Positions 1 through 12,500 of a stretch of 64,000 bases of DNA are shown here, piece by piece. Below the pieces are notes generated by a model. The model searched no databases, was not told the origin of the DNA, and saw nothing but the letters and a program-made list of their open reading frames with translations. Positions within the stretch are counted from its first letter, which is position 1; each line of letters begins with the position of its first letter. The DNA is taken from the NCBI GenBank assembly GCA_965153285.1, contig OZ229121.1, one strand, 5' to 3'. The translations under genes were made by a program, and so were the position numbers. The DNA is from Podarcis tiliguerta. Taxonomy: Eukaryota.

Positions 1-382
1 GGACACCATATTAAGTTCTGTGTAAATGTATCTATATCAGTTGTAAATAAAATATTTCCTCCTTTAACTATTCCAGAGACAGTTTTGTAGTGTCCATAGG
101 TTAACTCTTACCTGCTGATGATATTTACAAAGAAGCCTCTAATGTTAAAATAATTCAATCACTTGTTGGAATTGTTAAGTTCTTAATACCAGGAGAGGCT
201 TATGATTCACGATAATATTCAGTCAGGTTTGCAAAACCTTCGTTTCTTAGACCAAACAAGTTTTTTAGTTGGGTGTGTTATAGAAAAATCTGCTTCAAAT
301 ATATTTTCCAAGCAGTTGTTAAACTAGGCACATCAGCTTATTGCTGGTCTTTTAGTTAAAACCATACTTTTCCTTCCATCAG

Positions 383-520
383 CTGGACTAGATATTGGAC
401 CCATATCTGATGATCCATCCTCTATACCTCCACAAAGCGTCAGTCAGAGTTCACGGCCACTGAGTGAAGAACAGTTAGATAGAATCCTCAGTCCTGAACT
501 GGACAAGATGGTCACAGATG
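383..520 (+). CDS. KMT2C: KMT2C exon ([10 protein letters not shown]...ELDKMVTD)
   Basis: AG 381-382, GTAAAT at 521; phase 1-1. Confidence 0.92.
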
Positions 521-3500
521 GTAAATGTTTCTCTTATATCATTGCCTCATGAAGGAACTTCTTTTTAGATTTACTTCGTGCTTGGTTTTAATTAGTTGCA
601 ATTACCACAGTTCACTGTACGTATATGTTTGCTAATGTTTCTGTTGATTTTACTTTGTTCAGGTGCAATTCTTGGCAAACTGTACAAGATTCCAGGTATG
701 TTCTCTTGCTTTTTAGTATCATTTTATGAAGCTTACTAAATGCAACCCTACCTTATATACTCACATGCAGTGTTTTGCAGAGCTGGGAGGAAAGGATGTT
801 GAAGACCTATTTACTGCTGTACTGAGCCCTTCAGCTACTCAGTCAACTCCTTTGCCACAACCCCCACCACCGCCACCTCCTCAACTCATGCATTTGCATA
901 ATCAAGGTTTGTTTACTATCTTTTTTTGAAAAATCAAAATGCAACTGCTAGCAATTCACGCACAATTCAGTCATTGTCACCCAGTCTTGTGAAAACTGGA
1001 AGCTAGAGTATTGTTTTTGTAATTTTTTTTTATCAATAAAATTATCCTATAAGGGTGGATATGTTTCTTTTGATACAGCCTGTCTCCTATCTACCGAGGA
1101 CAGTAGTGAGCAACCTGTGGCCTTGTGGCTGCATCCAGCCCTTTGGTTAGTGCAGGCCCACTCTTTCTTTCTCTTCCAAGTTGTATGTGTATGTGTGAGA
1201 GAGAGGTAGAAAGAGGAAGAAAAGTGGCAGAGAACATTCTTCAGTGCTGCAAATTCCATCCATTTTTGTCTCTTCTCTTCCCTGCCCCACAGTTGCTCAG
1301 CTCCTGGCAAATTCTCCCTGAAGAAAGGTATCCCTTGACAGATTCCCTGCCCCCACTACTTCATTGGTTCCCACCCCTGTACCCAAGGATGCTTGGCCAA
1401 CATCTTTTCAGCTCCTCCTGTCTCCAGCCAAGGAATAAGGATCGTTATATGTTCCTGAAACCAAACCTTGCCTTCTTTACAGCATCCCAGAACCCAGAAA
1501 ACAATGCCAAAACAAGTCTTTAGTCTGCAAAATAGCATGATGTGAGAGGCAGAGTTATTTGAGCTTAGTCCCTGGATGTTATCTTCTTTCAAAGTCTTCA
1601 AAACAGACTAAAATTTTTGAATGTTTAATATTTGGTATATGCAGAAAATGTCCCTTCAAATGGTTTAGTTTAGTACTGTGAAATAGTGAAGCAGAGTTTT
1701 AGTTTGCTTTTCACATGCAAAGTACTACTATTACATTTCCCCCCCCCCCCTGAGTATTGGCTTTCAGATAGTAATCAGTTTTTTACTTATGATATTTTAG
1801 ATTGTTCAAGTTATTGTGCTTTATGGTATTGTGAGCCACCTTGGGGTGGGCTATGCCCCAAAAGCCCATATGTAAATAAATTACTATAAATAAATATTAT
1901 TTGTGTTTTCAACTTTTCTTTAAAGGAGAGAATGCATTTTCAAGAGTTCCACTTATAAATGGCCTAATTGGACCAAGCCCCCATCTCCCTCATACAACTT
2001 TGGTTCCGGGAGGAGGTATAGGCTCATTTTCTACTATAGCACAGCCACCATACACAGACACAAGGTGAGTCAAATCATGTTGCTAACGAGTTGGGCTCTC
2101 TGATTTCTCTTCTTCCCGGGTTTTAGAGTAACCAAAATTATTAATAATTTTGAGGTGTTGCTAATTTGTGTGTATTTCAGTATACTGAAATGAACAAATC
2201 CATATTTTGCTTTGCTTTGCCAGGGATAAGAATACAGCATTTAATGCAGTGCTGAATGATCCCACCAGTTCTTGGGTTCCGTCTGCTACACCACTGGATG
2301 GTGAAGGTGATACCATGTCTAACGCACAGAGAAGCACTCTTAAGTGGGAAAAGGAAGAAGCACTTGGTGAAATGGCAACTGTAGCACCTGTTTTGTACAC
2401 GAATATCAATTTTCCAAATCTAAAGGAGGAGTTCCCAGGTATGTTATAAATTGTAGAATCATAAAATTGGAAGGAACCTTAAAAGTAATCTTATCTAATC
2501 CAACCTCTTGCCAGTACAGGAAGTCCACTGAGTTAAACCTTGCATTACAAATCTGTTAGGCACCAATCTTATTTCATAAAGTTCAGCTTTTCTGAATTCT
2601 GAAAAAGGCAACAGTTTCATGTTTACTGTTTACTGATGCATTGATGATATTCCTAATACAAAATAACAAAATCTTACTCCTTTTTCTCCTCTGCATTCTC
2701 AGATTGGACTACAAGAGTGAAGCAAATTGCTAAATTGTGGAGGAAAGCAAGCTCACAAGAAAGAGCTCCATATGTGGTAATGAGTATTTGCCATTTTTGT
2801 TGAAACAGAAAAAAATGTTATGTCTCTGATTTCCATTAATTAGTCTAAAAGTATTTTAAGTTTTAAAACTGCTATAAAGCACACTGCTTCTGCAAAGTGC
2901 ATTTTACATACATGAATTTCAGTTAGTTTTCTTAATTTATTTTTTATGGATTTGGGGCCATGCCTGCTTTCTTCTGGCTGCTCTTTTGCATCTCTGAAAA
3001 CCTAGTGTTGAATTTACATACTAAACTTTTAGTATGTAAATTCCTCTGGAAAAGTAAAGATCATGAACATCACCCGGAAATTAATTCCTATAGCTGTTTT
3101 TAAATGGTTAAACTGATTATATTATTAACTGAAGTGATGTCTGTGGTTTTTTTTTTAAAAAAAATCCCATTTGCTCTGTTTAGTGCTTACAGTGGTTAGC
3201 TTGATTTTGGATATTGTCCTAATTCTCTTCATATGTTTAATGAAATAGTGAAGCTGCTGTTGGTGCAAAACACATGGATAGGACTCTTTTTCTTGTACTG
3301 TTTTTGTGTGTGTGTGTGTGTGTTTGCTAACTGCACCTTTGATATGACATAGGTGCATTAACCTTACTTTGTGTGTCTAGGAAGATTAGTAGTTCACAGG
3401 TACCATAAGACTCTTTGTTTTCGCTACAACAAACAAACATGGCTACCTTTCTGGAAATGTAACCGAGGGTGTCCTAGTTTCTTATTTCCTATGTGCAATT

Positions 3501-6500
3501 TATTCAAACCCCGTAAACCGCTTGTGGGTTTTGTGTTGGTAATAAAGAATGGCATTACTTCCAATATCAGTCTAAACAAGTCTAAAAAATTACATGTGTG
3601 CTTGTTTTGCAGCAAAAAGCCCGAGATAATAGAGCTGCCTTACGGATCAACAAAGTGCAGATGTCTAATGATTCCATGAAAAGGCAGCAGCAGCAGGATA
3701 GCATTGATCCAAGCTCTCGTATCGACACTGAACTCTTTAAGGACCCATTAAAGCAGAGGGAATCAGAGCATGAGCAAGAGTGGAAATTTAGACAGGTGTG
3801 TTGCATTTGGTCTTTGATTCCCCCTTTTGTCTAGTACATCTGGAGAAAGAGCTGCCCTTAATTAACATCAGATGCTAGGAAAGGAAGTAGTAGTTTATCA
3901 TATACTTTGTATATGGGCTGGGTACAGCAATTATAGGTAGCCTTTGAAGTGACATCTACATAATCATAGCACCTTAACTGAGAATTCTCAATTTAAAGTA
4001 ACAAAAAGTGAGGCTAAAATTAAACTTCCTCCATTTGCTACCGTTTTGTGACTGGCTCCATCCCCATACCTCCTCTGTGTAGACTGGTAGGTCTCAGTAA
4101 GCTTTAGGGCCCTCAAATTGGCCCTGTGGTAAGAAAGTTTAAGAAGCCCCACCATACTGCAAATGCCTGAAGAACTCAAAGCCATTTCATAGTTCAGCTT
4201 CTCGGTGAGGCACCACATTTGAAGGAGGTAATTCTCAAGTCATGAGCATTTGTAGAGGCTACTTGTAGCTATTACAAATGCATCAAGGATTATTTCCACA
4301 TGGTGTTTCACAAGAAAGTTAGCAGGTTTTCCCCCACTAGTGAAATAAAATGTCATTTTGATAGTCAGTGCATTTAGCATATGTAGACCAATGTATTGTG
4401 AGCTGTATGCTATGTTAGCTCATGTGCCAAGCCATCATAGGGATAATTTTGTGTGAGATAAGAAACTCAAAATAGGACCTTTAAAAATAAAGTTCATGAG
4501 CCTCTCATGACTTTCATCTTGGATGGAATGTCCAAGAAAGTTATACAGTATCCCTGTATCTTTTAACAGAAGTTGTCTTTCTTCTTCAAATTTAAGTATA
4601 TATTCTCAGAAATGTGCACGTTTGATATTAGTCATCTGGAAGCCTGCATAAATAATATACATATTAGAAATAATTGGCCCCATATCCTTAATTTGTTGGA
4701 ACTTTTCAAATGACCTTAAAATGTGCTTATGAGTTCTTTACTATTGTTTGATTTCCTGATAGTTATAATTCAACCTGGTTTTTTTCCTTTCCTAAAACAG
4801 CAAATGCGTCAGAAAAGTAAACAGCAAGCTAAAATTGAAGCAACTCAGAAACTTGAGCAAGTGAAAAATGAGCAGCAGCAGCAACAGCAGCAACTGCAGC
4901 AACAACTTGGGTCACAGCAGCTTTTGAACCAGTCAGGTTCAGACACACCTAGTAGTGGGATTCAAAGTCCTTTAACCCCTCAGACTGGCAATGGAAGTAT
5001 GTCACCTGCACAACAGACATTATATACAAAACAGGTTCCTGGTACCCCTACTTCTACACCTTCTGATGTTTTCTTAAAGCCACAGGCCCCACCTCCACCT
5101 GCGACACCAAATAGAATGCCTGTTCAAGATGCACATTGCCAGGCACCATCACAGCAGATGTTTCCTCCTTGCTCCTCTACCAGACCACCTTCTCCTGTTG
5201 ACCCTTATGCAAAAATGGTGGGAACTCCTAGGCCACCACCTGTTAACCAAAATCAAAACTTTGTCAGAATAAATTCTGTTACACCAGTAGATATCTGTCC
5301 ACCCCCTTCACCCCTATCCAGGCCAGCTCAGGCATCTGAATCAACAGGGAGCAGGCCATCACCTGTCAGAGATTCATGTTCTTTGTCTCCAGTCAACAGT
5401 GACCCTTATGCAAAAGCTCCAGATACACCCAGGCCTACAATGGGAACGGAACCTTTCTCCAAACCTTTGGGAATATCAAGATCACCTTTAATTGCAGAAC
5501 AACCAGGGAAAGGATCTTTATCAGTGGCAAACAGCGACCCCTTTGCTAAACCACCTCCAAGAACAGATGCGTTTCAAAGGCCCCGGATGTCTCCTGCTGA
5601 CTCATATGCACGCCCACCATTGACTCCCATTCCTGCTGTTGAGGGAAGTCCTGGCCCATTTAAAACTCCAATGCGCCCAACTCAGTCCCCACAAGATCCG
5701 TATGCTTCAATGCCACCAACACCACGGCGCATGTCTGTGGACCCCTATGAACGGCCTGTTTTGACACCAAGGCCAGTAGATAGCTTTTCACACAATCCAT
5801 CTAATGACCCATATAGTCAGCCTCCCCTGACTCCGCATCCAGCAATAAAAGAGACTTTTGCCCACCCACAAAGAGTAGTGCGAAACCAGGGTGATTCTTT
5901 TTCTCAGTCTGGAACTATTTCAAGGGCAGTTGCTCAGGACCCCTACGCCCAGCCTCCGGGTACTCCTCGGCCTGTCTCAGACCCCTACGCCCAGCCTCCG
6001 GGTACCCCTCGGCCTGTCTCAGATCCCTACGCCCAGCCTCCGGGTACTCCTCGGCCTGTCTCAGACCCCTACGCCCAGCCTCCGGGTACTCCTCGGCCTA
6101 TTGCAGACCCCTACGCCCAGCCTCCAGGTACTCCTCGGCCTGTCTCAGACCCCTACGCCCAGCCTCCCGGTACTCCTCGACCTGTCTCAGACCCCTACGC
6201 CCAGCCTCCGGGTACTCCTCGGCCAGTCACAGACCCCTACGCCCAGCCTCCGGGTACTCCTCGCCCCACTGCTGTTGACCCATACATGCATCAGCCACTC
6301 ACACCAAGACCTTCACAGACTGGAGACTTATTTGCTCAGGTTTCAGCTAATCAAAGGCATTCTGATCCATATGCCCAACCGCCAGGTACACCAAGACCGG
6401 TTAGTAGTGATCCATATTCTCAACCACCAGCAACACCAAGGCCTGGAATTCCAGAACCTTACAGTAGACCAGCCCTAATGTCAAATCGTGATCCTTATCT

Positions 6501-9500
6501 GCAGGCATCACAGAACAGGACCTTACCTGGGACATTTGTAAGGCCATCAGATCCGTGTTCTCAGCCTCCAAAGCTATTGGGACCTGCTGTGACAGATTCT
6601 TTTAGCCATGCTTCAACAGCACCACCTTGTGATCCTTATGATCAACCTCCAATGACTCCAAGACCTCAGCCAGAAACTTTTGGAACCGCTCAGCTTCCCC
6701 ACGATGTTGCAGATCAGCCAAGATCTGGATCAGAGGGGAATTTGGGCTCATCTGCAAACTCTTCCATGAGCTTGCAGGGAAAACAGTTCCCCCAAGCTTC
6801 TCCTGGCCCAGTACCAACAGCTGGAGCAACAAATACGCAGACCACAATGTCTCAGGCAGATGCAGAAAAAATAAGACAAGTGAGTTTACTGTTGTTGAAT
6901 AACGTGCTTGTGAAAACCATGAGATGCCAGAGTTGATAGAACTTATCAATTGTGGCTGTGTTGTGTCAGTAAATCATTTCTTTTATACTATAAGATGCAG
7001 GTATTTTGTATTCTGTGGCAGTAGTCTTATCATCAGTATCAGGCCTTTAACACTGTCTGTATCCTAGTGAAACCACTTCAGGGTTTACTGGTGACTACAA
7101 AGCCCTGAACAACATAGAATCGAGATACATGAAGGAACACGTAGTCCTTTATTTTCCTTCCTCTGCTTTAAGAACTGCCAGGGATGCCCTTCTGCTTGTC
7201 CCATCTCTTGAGGGGTACTCAGTTACACAGTATAGGATCTTCTCAGTGGTGACACCCCAATTGTAGAATAATCTCCCCCTCGAGATAATGGCTGGTGCGG
7301 ACATTGTTTAGTGTTTTTAGCACCAGCTAAAAGCTCATCTCTTCCTTCAGGCTTCTGATGCAGAGAGGGGAACTGATTTTGTGATATTAATACTGGAAGG
7401 AGATATGTGTTACTTATGTGCTTTTTCTATGTTCTTCTAATGTTTTATTTACTGTTTGTTCTGTTTTGATGTTTCATTATGTATATAACCTGTCCTGGGA
7501 TCACTTGCTGATGAAGGGTGGGATAAGAATGAAATAAATAAATGAGCTGAATTGTTTTTGTTCCCTGTCAGCGCCAGAAATTACGTGAGATTATTCTGCA
7601 GCAGCAGCAACAAAAGAAGAATGCAATCCGTCAAGAGAAAATGCCACAAGAGCCTACCACAGCACCTCATGCAGGATCTACTCAACCATGGCAGCAACAA
7701 GAAAATCTGAACCAGATTTTTAACAGGCCTCCTCCTCCATATCCTGGGAATATTAGGTCAGCCATTGTCCCTCCCAGCGGACTGAGGTTCACAGGATTTC
7801 CCATCGATGGGCAGTTTAATAGACCCCAATTTCCAGGAGATATGGGTGGAATGGCAATGAGACCTCATGGAATTAGGTATACTTCTTGATTACTTCATCA
7901 TAAAATATGTCATTGTTTAATAAATTTGTGGGTTTTTTTCTATATGTTTTAAGTGTTGGTTATATTAAGTGACCCTTTAAAAATGTTCCGGTTTAAAATT
8001 ATATCTGAATGTAATACTGCAAACACATTAAAGGCTACACTCGGCCACTTTAAATTGAATTCATGACCCTTTTATCGAACCTGCTGAACATTTGCTTTTC
8101 TGTGAAAAACAACAAAGCAGGGGCAAAAATATGTGACCTCTTCATGTAAGTGATCTTGCTTAGAATCCTTAATTTCAAAATTGTTCTACAAGTAGGTTTA
8201 AATTCTTTAGTGCAAAATATATGACACAACAAAGGTATGTTCTGGGAAGTGATGAGGCTCTATTGAGACTGTAGGTTTAAGGGCAGACTATAAATAATAT
8301 ATTGCAAACTTGTATTTCCTTATCGCAGTAAATGCTTGTTTAGCCCAGATAATACATGGATTAGCCTGAAACTTGATTTTTTTCACTTGTTTTTCTTGAT
8401 TATTTCAATAGTTATGTAAATTGCCTTAATTTAAACCAGTTCCACTCTGTTTTGACGCCTACTCTGGATTTCATCAAAATATGAAGATAAACATGTATTG
8501 CTACTTTAGATGTAATGACCATCTAGTCCAATAATTTGTTTCAGTAACAGCCAGTCAGAATGTAAATTGGCTAGCAAAGGTGTCATTTCAATTGATTCAA
8601 AAGATATAATATCCCACAAAATTGGTTTGTTGTGTAAACTTTCTACAGTGTACAATCCAAGTCAACCAAATTTTTTTTCCCCAGATTTGGTTTTTCTGGA
8701 GGTGGTCATGGTCCTCCACCATGTCAAGAACGTTTCCTTGGGCCTCCCCAGCAAATGCAACGTGCTGGAGTTCCACCACAACTCAGAAGATCAATTGACA
8801 TGCCTAGACTCCCTAACAAGCCACAAATGGGCAACCCTATTGGACTCTCGCAGCATTTCCCACCACAAGGTATTCAGGTTCAACAGCACAACATCATGGG
8901 GCAGGCATTTATTGAGCTCTGTCACAGAGCACCCGAAGGCAGGCCAAGACTTCCTTTTAATTCCTCATCAGCTGTTACGAACACAGTCCCCCAGCATCAA
9001 CAACATACAGGATTTGTACCTAGACAGGACTGTCAAGGCCCAAGACACCTAGAGCCCACAAGACGTAATTCTCAAAGCCTAAACAATCCATTGCATGTGG
9101 CAACTGGTTTGGAGCATTTACCACCAGGTCAGCAAGCTATAGTGAATCCCAACCAACCACCTGTATTAGTCATGTGTTCTTTAGGTCATCCACCAGTTAA
9201 TGATGCTTTTTCAGGAGGTTCTTTGCCAACAGCAACACCTACTGAGGCAGCAAGTGACTTACAGATTCCCAACCAACCCACTGATGGGTTAGAAGAAAAG
9301 CTTGATCCTGATGACTCCTCTGTAAAAGATTTAGATGTCAAGGACCTTGAGGGTGTTGAGGTTAAAGATTTAGTTGATGAGGACCTTGAAAATCTAAATC
9401 TAGACCCAGAAGATGGCAAAGGAGATGAACTGGACACATTAGATAATCTTGAAACAAATGATCGCCACCTTGATTACCTCCTAAGATCGGGCGAATTTGA

Positions 9501-12500
9501 CATAATTGCCTACACTGATCCAGACCACGATTTGGGTGACAAAAAAGGTATGTTTAGTGAGGAGCTAGATCTTAATGTCCCCATAGATGAAATACAAGGC
9601 AAAGCAGAAGATACTCAGCAAAAGCAGCAGGATGAAAAACCTGCCACTCCTACAGCACTGTCTCCTCAGAAAAAAACAGCTGAAGTCAGTGAAATTAAAA
9701 CAGAAGTTATGTCTCCAAACACATTAGAAGAAACTAAATCTGAAAGTGAAAAAAGAGGTGTAAGTGTGGCATCCTCTGGCACTCAGTTTATGACTGAAAC
9801 AGAGTTACACGATGGAGAGGCAACATCTGTGATGCCCCATAATGTGGAATTACCTGGCAAAACAAATATGAATGAGGAGATCACTGTGCCCAGCTCAGAT
9901 ACTGTTCCGGGCCCTGCTCCAACATCAGCTCAAGGTTCTTGCAATCTCTCTGGATCCACTCCTGTTCTTACAAGTTTGTTAGCTAATGAGAATTCAGAAA
10001 ACCCTGATGTCGGGCCTCTGGGCTCTCCGCCTAATCCACAGCCAGCAGCACAAATCAACCCTGTTTCAAGTATGCCGCAAACTTTAATGACATCTGCTGG
10101 TCAAACCATGGAAAATACTGTACCTAATGTGAACATGGTTCCACAAATAAGCCATAACTTCTCACAAGGGACAGCGGTAAATCCAGCCTTTATTCCTGGC
10201 CAGACAGCTAATAGCTTTGGGGCAGTGCAGCCTGGTAATCAAACTGTGCCTGCTGTAAATCGACCCGGCCCCAGTGGTATGCCTGGGCCACAGCCGATGA
10301 TGATTCCGCAAACATTAGCCCAGCAGCAAAACCGAGAGAGGCCTCTTCTGCTAGAAGAACAGCCTCTTCTGCTGCAAGATCTTTTGGATCAAGAAAGGCA
10401 AGAGCAGCAGCAGCAGCGACAGATGCAAGCCATGATTCGCCAGCGTTCAGAGCCATTTTTCCCCAACATTGGTATGTTTTTGTTTTTTCTTTGATAATGC
10501 TAAGTGCGATAGAATCTACAACCATATACCGTATTTTTCAGTGTATAACACCCCCCCCCGGTGTATAATACACCCCCTATTTTGGGTGACTCAAAATTAA
10601 GAAAATACACTCGGCACTATCTGTGTATAAGACAACCCGAATTTTAAACATTATTTTAACATAAAAAAAACCCTAGTCTTACACATGGTAAAGTACGGTA
10701 TTAATACTCGGAATGTCCACCATTTGATAAAATTTATTATCTCTATTGTGTTTTCTAATTTGTTTAATCTGTATGTAGAAAAAAAGAAAATTGGAATTGG
10801 TCCGAGAGGTTTTCTGTTCCTGCAGGGAAAGTGTGTATTTGGAATGCAATAGACATACCGGTAGCTTACTGAGCAGCTGAAAACGTGGATTATAGAAGCC
10901 AAAATATTTATCTGGTGCCTAGTCTGAAACAATGCTGTCAACTTCATTTGAATTTTGGGGGTGGGGGGCTGCCAGTCCATTTTTACTGGCCCTCCTAGTT
11001 TAGGAAGGAGGAATATGAGTGGGAATTTGGGTGAGAAGTAAAGGTGAAGGGAATAATTTGGGACAAGGTGCATCATATTAGGTGTCTTCCACAAGGGGAA
11101 GAGCAAATATGATTCTTCATTCTGCCAAACTCTGTTCATGTTCTGTATTTGCATATGCATTCAAGTGTGTGTGTGTGTGTGTGTGTGTGTTTCTGTTCAA
11201 TTGGATTGGGCAAGCAGGTGCAGATCAGTTACTCTGCCACTCCTTATAACCACATTCCCCACTGGTATATTCTGTTTTCAAATTCCAGTTAATATGTTAA
11301 TATTCTTGTTGTCATTGTATATTCTTTGTTTTGGATTCAGAGCATGGTATAACATGCTCTGCAGGTATGAGTATGGCAAAAACCTACCTTTGCTATTTGC
11401 ATAAGGCCAAGAATGTCATGTTAGCAAGTCAGTTAGGGAGAGATCACTGCTCCAGCTCTCACTTCAATTTATTGAAATTTGTATAAATTGTGAGCTTACT
11501 CGGTTGAAGCAAGCTAGTCAGAGGAAATCCTTGAGGAAAGACTCTGTCATGAAGGCGACAGGTAGAGTAAAAACCTCAAAGCAAATACATGAGTGGGTGA
11601 AAGCAATCTACACAGTCCATTACCAGACATCCCTCCCTCTCTCCCTCCAGCAATATGGTTACTTCTCTTGCAAACAAGGTATTATGCTGCTGGCACTTGC
11701 TCAGGGCTAGTATAAAGAGGGAATATGGCACCTAAGAGAACTGCTTTTGTCTAAAACATTCCCTATGATTCCTATCAGCATTCTAGCATCAATCTATTAA
11801 AGTCACCCTGTCTTAATGTAGTTTGAGCCAATTATTAAGTGTGAATTTCTAAAAGACCTATAGTAACCACAGTAAATTATCTTTAAAAATAATTAAAAGA
11901 TCAGTGGACCAGTTTTTCTGTCATAATTATGAAACTTTTAAAAATGGGCCTCAACTGGTTAGCAGTGGTGAACAAATGATGTGCTTATCCACACTGGCTA
12001 TTTTATATAATAAATACTTATTCTTCTTAAATTTTGGTTTCATAGATTTTGATGCAATCACTGACCCTATAATGAAAGCGAAAATGGTGGCTCTGAAAGG
12101 GATCAATAAAGTAATGGCACAGAACAATATGGGCATGCCACAAATGGTCATGAACAGGTAGGCAAAGATTGTGAATATTTTAGCTTCTCATAGATATCAG
12201 CATGAGTTTCTGCTCACTGAAATTTCAGTTTATTCTGATAGCTGTTACCTTCCTTGGGAGGTTAGCAAAGTAAATTTTAGCGTTAATTTTACCATTAATC
12301 ATTCATTTCCTATTTTGTGATTCATGTCATACCCACAAACAGCTGTATTCCTCTGCACATAGCAATAACTCTGTGGTATGCAGAAAAGGGCAGGGGCTAG
12401 GAATGTGAAGCAGCAGACTGGGCATGCCCAGGAGCACACTGTTTCCCTGCTGAGATTAGTTATATCAGAATCTCATATTATTAACACTTCATTAATTTTA

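Noticed and set aside
5938-6273. CRISPR-like regular repeats
   Set aside because: Head-to-tail units with no unique spacers, inside a eukaryotic exon, no cas genes.
5891-6478. 195-aa alternate-frame ORF ([14 protein letters not shown] repeats)
   Set aside because: A by-product of a 42-bp unit that lacks stops in a second frame; no ATG start or independent coding signal.
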